Assembly: GCA_032718475.1 (NCBI GenBank)
Contig: JAUCBJ010007689.1
Span: 1 to 64,000, forward strand
Direction: 5' to 3'
DNA from: Nemertoderma westbladi
Taxonomy: Eukaryota > Animalia > Xenacoelomorpha
DNA: 64,000 nt
Of this stretch, positions 62,924 through 64,000 are shown piece after piece. Both the position numbers and the translations under genes were made by a program. The notes beneath the pieces were generated by a model. It saw only the letters and a program-made list of their open reading frames with translations. It had not been told where the DNA came from and ran no database searches. The stretch's first letter is position 1. Each line of letters starts with the position of its first letter.

Positions 62924-64000
62924 TGTTGCCGTTATTCCCGACACCACGGGGAAAACGCCGATCCTGGAGGCGGAATTTTCAGACCACAGGATTCCGGCCA
63001 GTCACTGGATATTGGGAGTGGAGAAGGAGTCCTATCTGAGATGCAAGATTGCAGTCGAGAAAAAGTTGCATTGGTTGGAAATAATCTTTAATGTAACCTT
63101 GATCGATACTGAACCTTGTGACTGAACCTTGATTGAGAATAAGTTGGGCTTCCCCACACCAATATACACCAAATATTCACAATAATATACGAACATATAA
63201 ATTCCTACAGTACATTAATTAATTACCCACTGTTCGCTTTAGATTTTAACCTAACTAATGATCCCCATTTTCCCTCGGTCCTAGTCCCGGTACCGTAGTG
63301 TCGGTGTTGGTCGACCCTGTTGCGTGTCCGTCCCACCCTTCCCGAACCCCGAAGGGATCGGTCATCAGGAAAGCAGTACGGCTTGGCTAAGGGTCGGTCA
63401 AGTCGGTAGACCCGGTTGCGTGTCCGTCCCACCCTTCCCGAACCCCGAAGGGATCGGTCATCAGGAAAGCGGTACGGCTTGGCTAGGGGTCTGTCGGTTC
63501 ATCGCAGGGTCCCAACCACCTAAGCTTTCCGAATCCTTTTCAGGCTCGTAGTCGCTTCGGTAGCCGAGAAGCTGCTCCGAATAGTCGGTAGGCCAGTAGA
63601 GTCCGGTCCTTTGTCTTTCGACCCTGTTGCGTGTCCGTCCCACCCTTCCTGAACCCCGAAGGGATCGGTCATCAGGAAAGCGGTACGGCTTGGCTAGGGG
63701 TCTGTCAGCCCGTTGTGAGTCCCAACTGTCGGTAGCTTCCCGAGTCCCTTTCAGGCTCGTAGTAACGCCGGTCGTGAAACCCACTCCAGGAAGGCAGTCC
63801 TCATCGAACCCTTCCTCCATCTAGTCGGTCGATCCGTCGCAAGTCCCCGGTGCAGTCAGCAAGCTTTCCGAGTCCCTTTCAGGCTCGTAATAACTGCCGG
63901 TGACCAGGGACCGCTAAAGATCTGTCTGTCAGTTCCCGTCGCAAATCCCTGACGCAATCAGCAGACTTTCCGAGTCCCTTTCTGGCTCGTAATAACTGCT
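62924..64000 (-). mobile_element. LTR-like element, running off the window
   Basis: Abrupt start TGTTGCC (minus strand ends ...GGCAACA), minus-strand ATTAAA at ~63087-63092, and a GC shift. An internal ~65-bp repeat occurs three times (63320, 63417, 63625) and TTCCGAGTCCCTTTCAGGCTCGTA-like motifs four times. Confidence 0.55.

Overview
AT-rich, repeat-dominated eukaryotic genomic DNA with spliceosomal GT-AG introns. The repeat content suggests an invertebrate animal, but that is inference only. Two real protein-coding genes are supported. The first is a spliced class A (rhodopsin-like) peptide-type GPCR on the minus strand (6534-7810/7816), whose current stop codon is created by a 130-bp tandem triplication. 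The second is an intronless DHRS1-like short-chain dehydrogenase on the plus strand (46272-47270). About 17 kb (19692-38183) is a satellite of 33/38/47/48-bp hairpin-forming units, interrupted by a 1.15-kb insert with a 5-bp target-site duplication. 50667-59462 is a head-to-tail and nested cluster of six non-autonomous Helentron/HINE (DINE-1-like) elements, one of which has entirely different but still complementary termini. The rest contains MITE/foldback elements, a Crypton-like palindromic element, a CRE-type retrotransposon fragment that gave rise to a minisatellite, an inverted pair of tRNA-like SINE heads, other satellites and an LTR-like element at the window end. No CRISPR array, rRNA gene or intact tRNA gene was seen, and most ORFs in the track are repeat artefacts. 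The sequence does not demonstrate a new protein-coding system; the most unusual signals are in repeat architecture. Family assignments come from recalled motifs, not from database searches.
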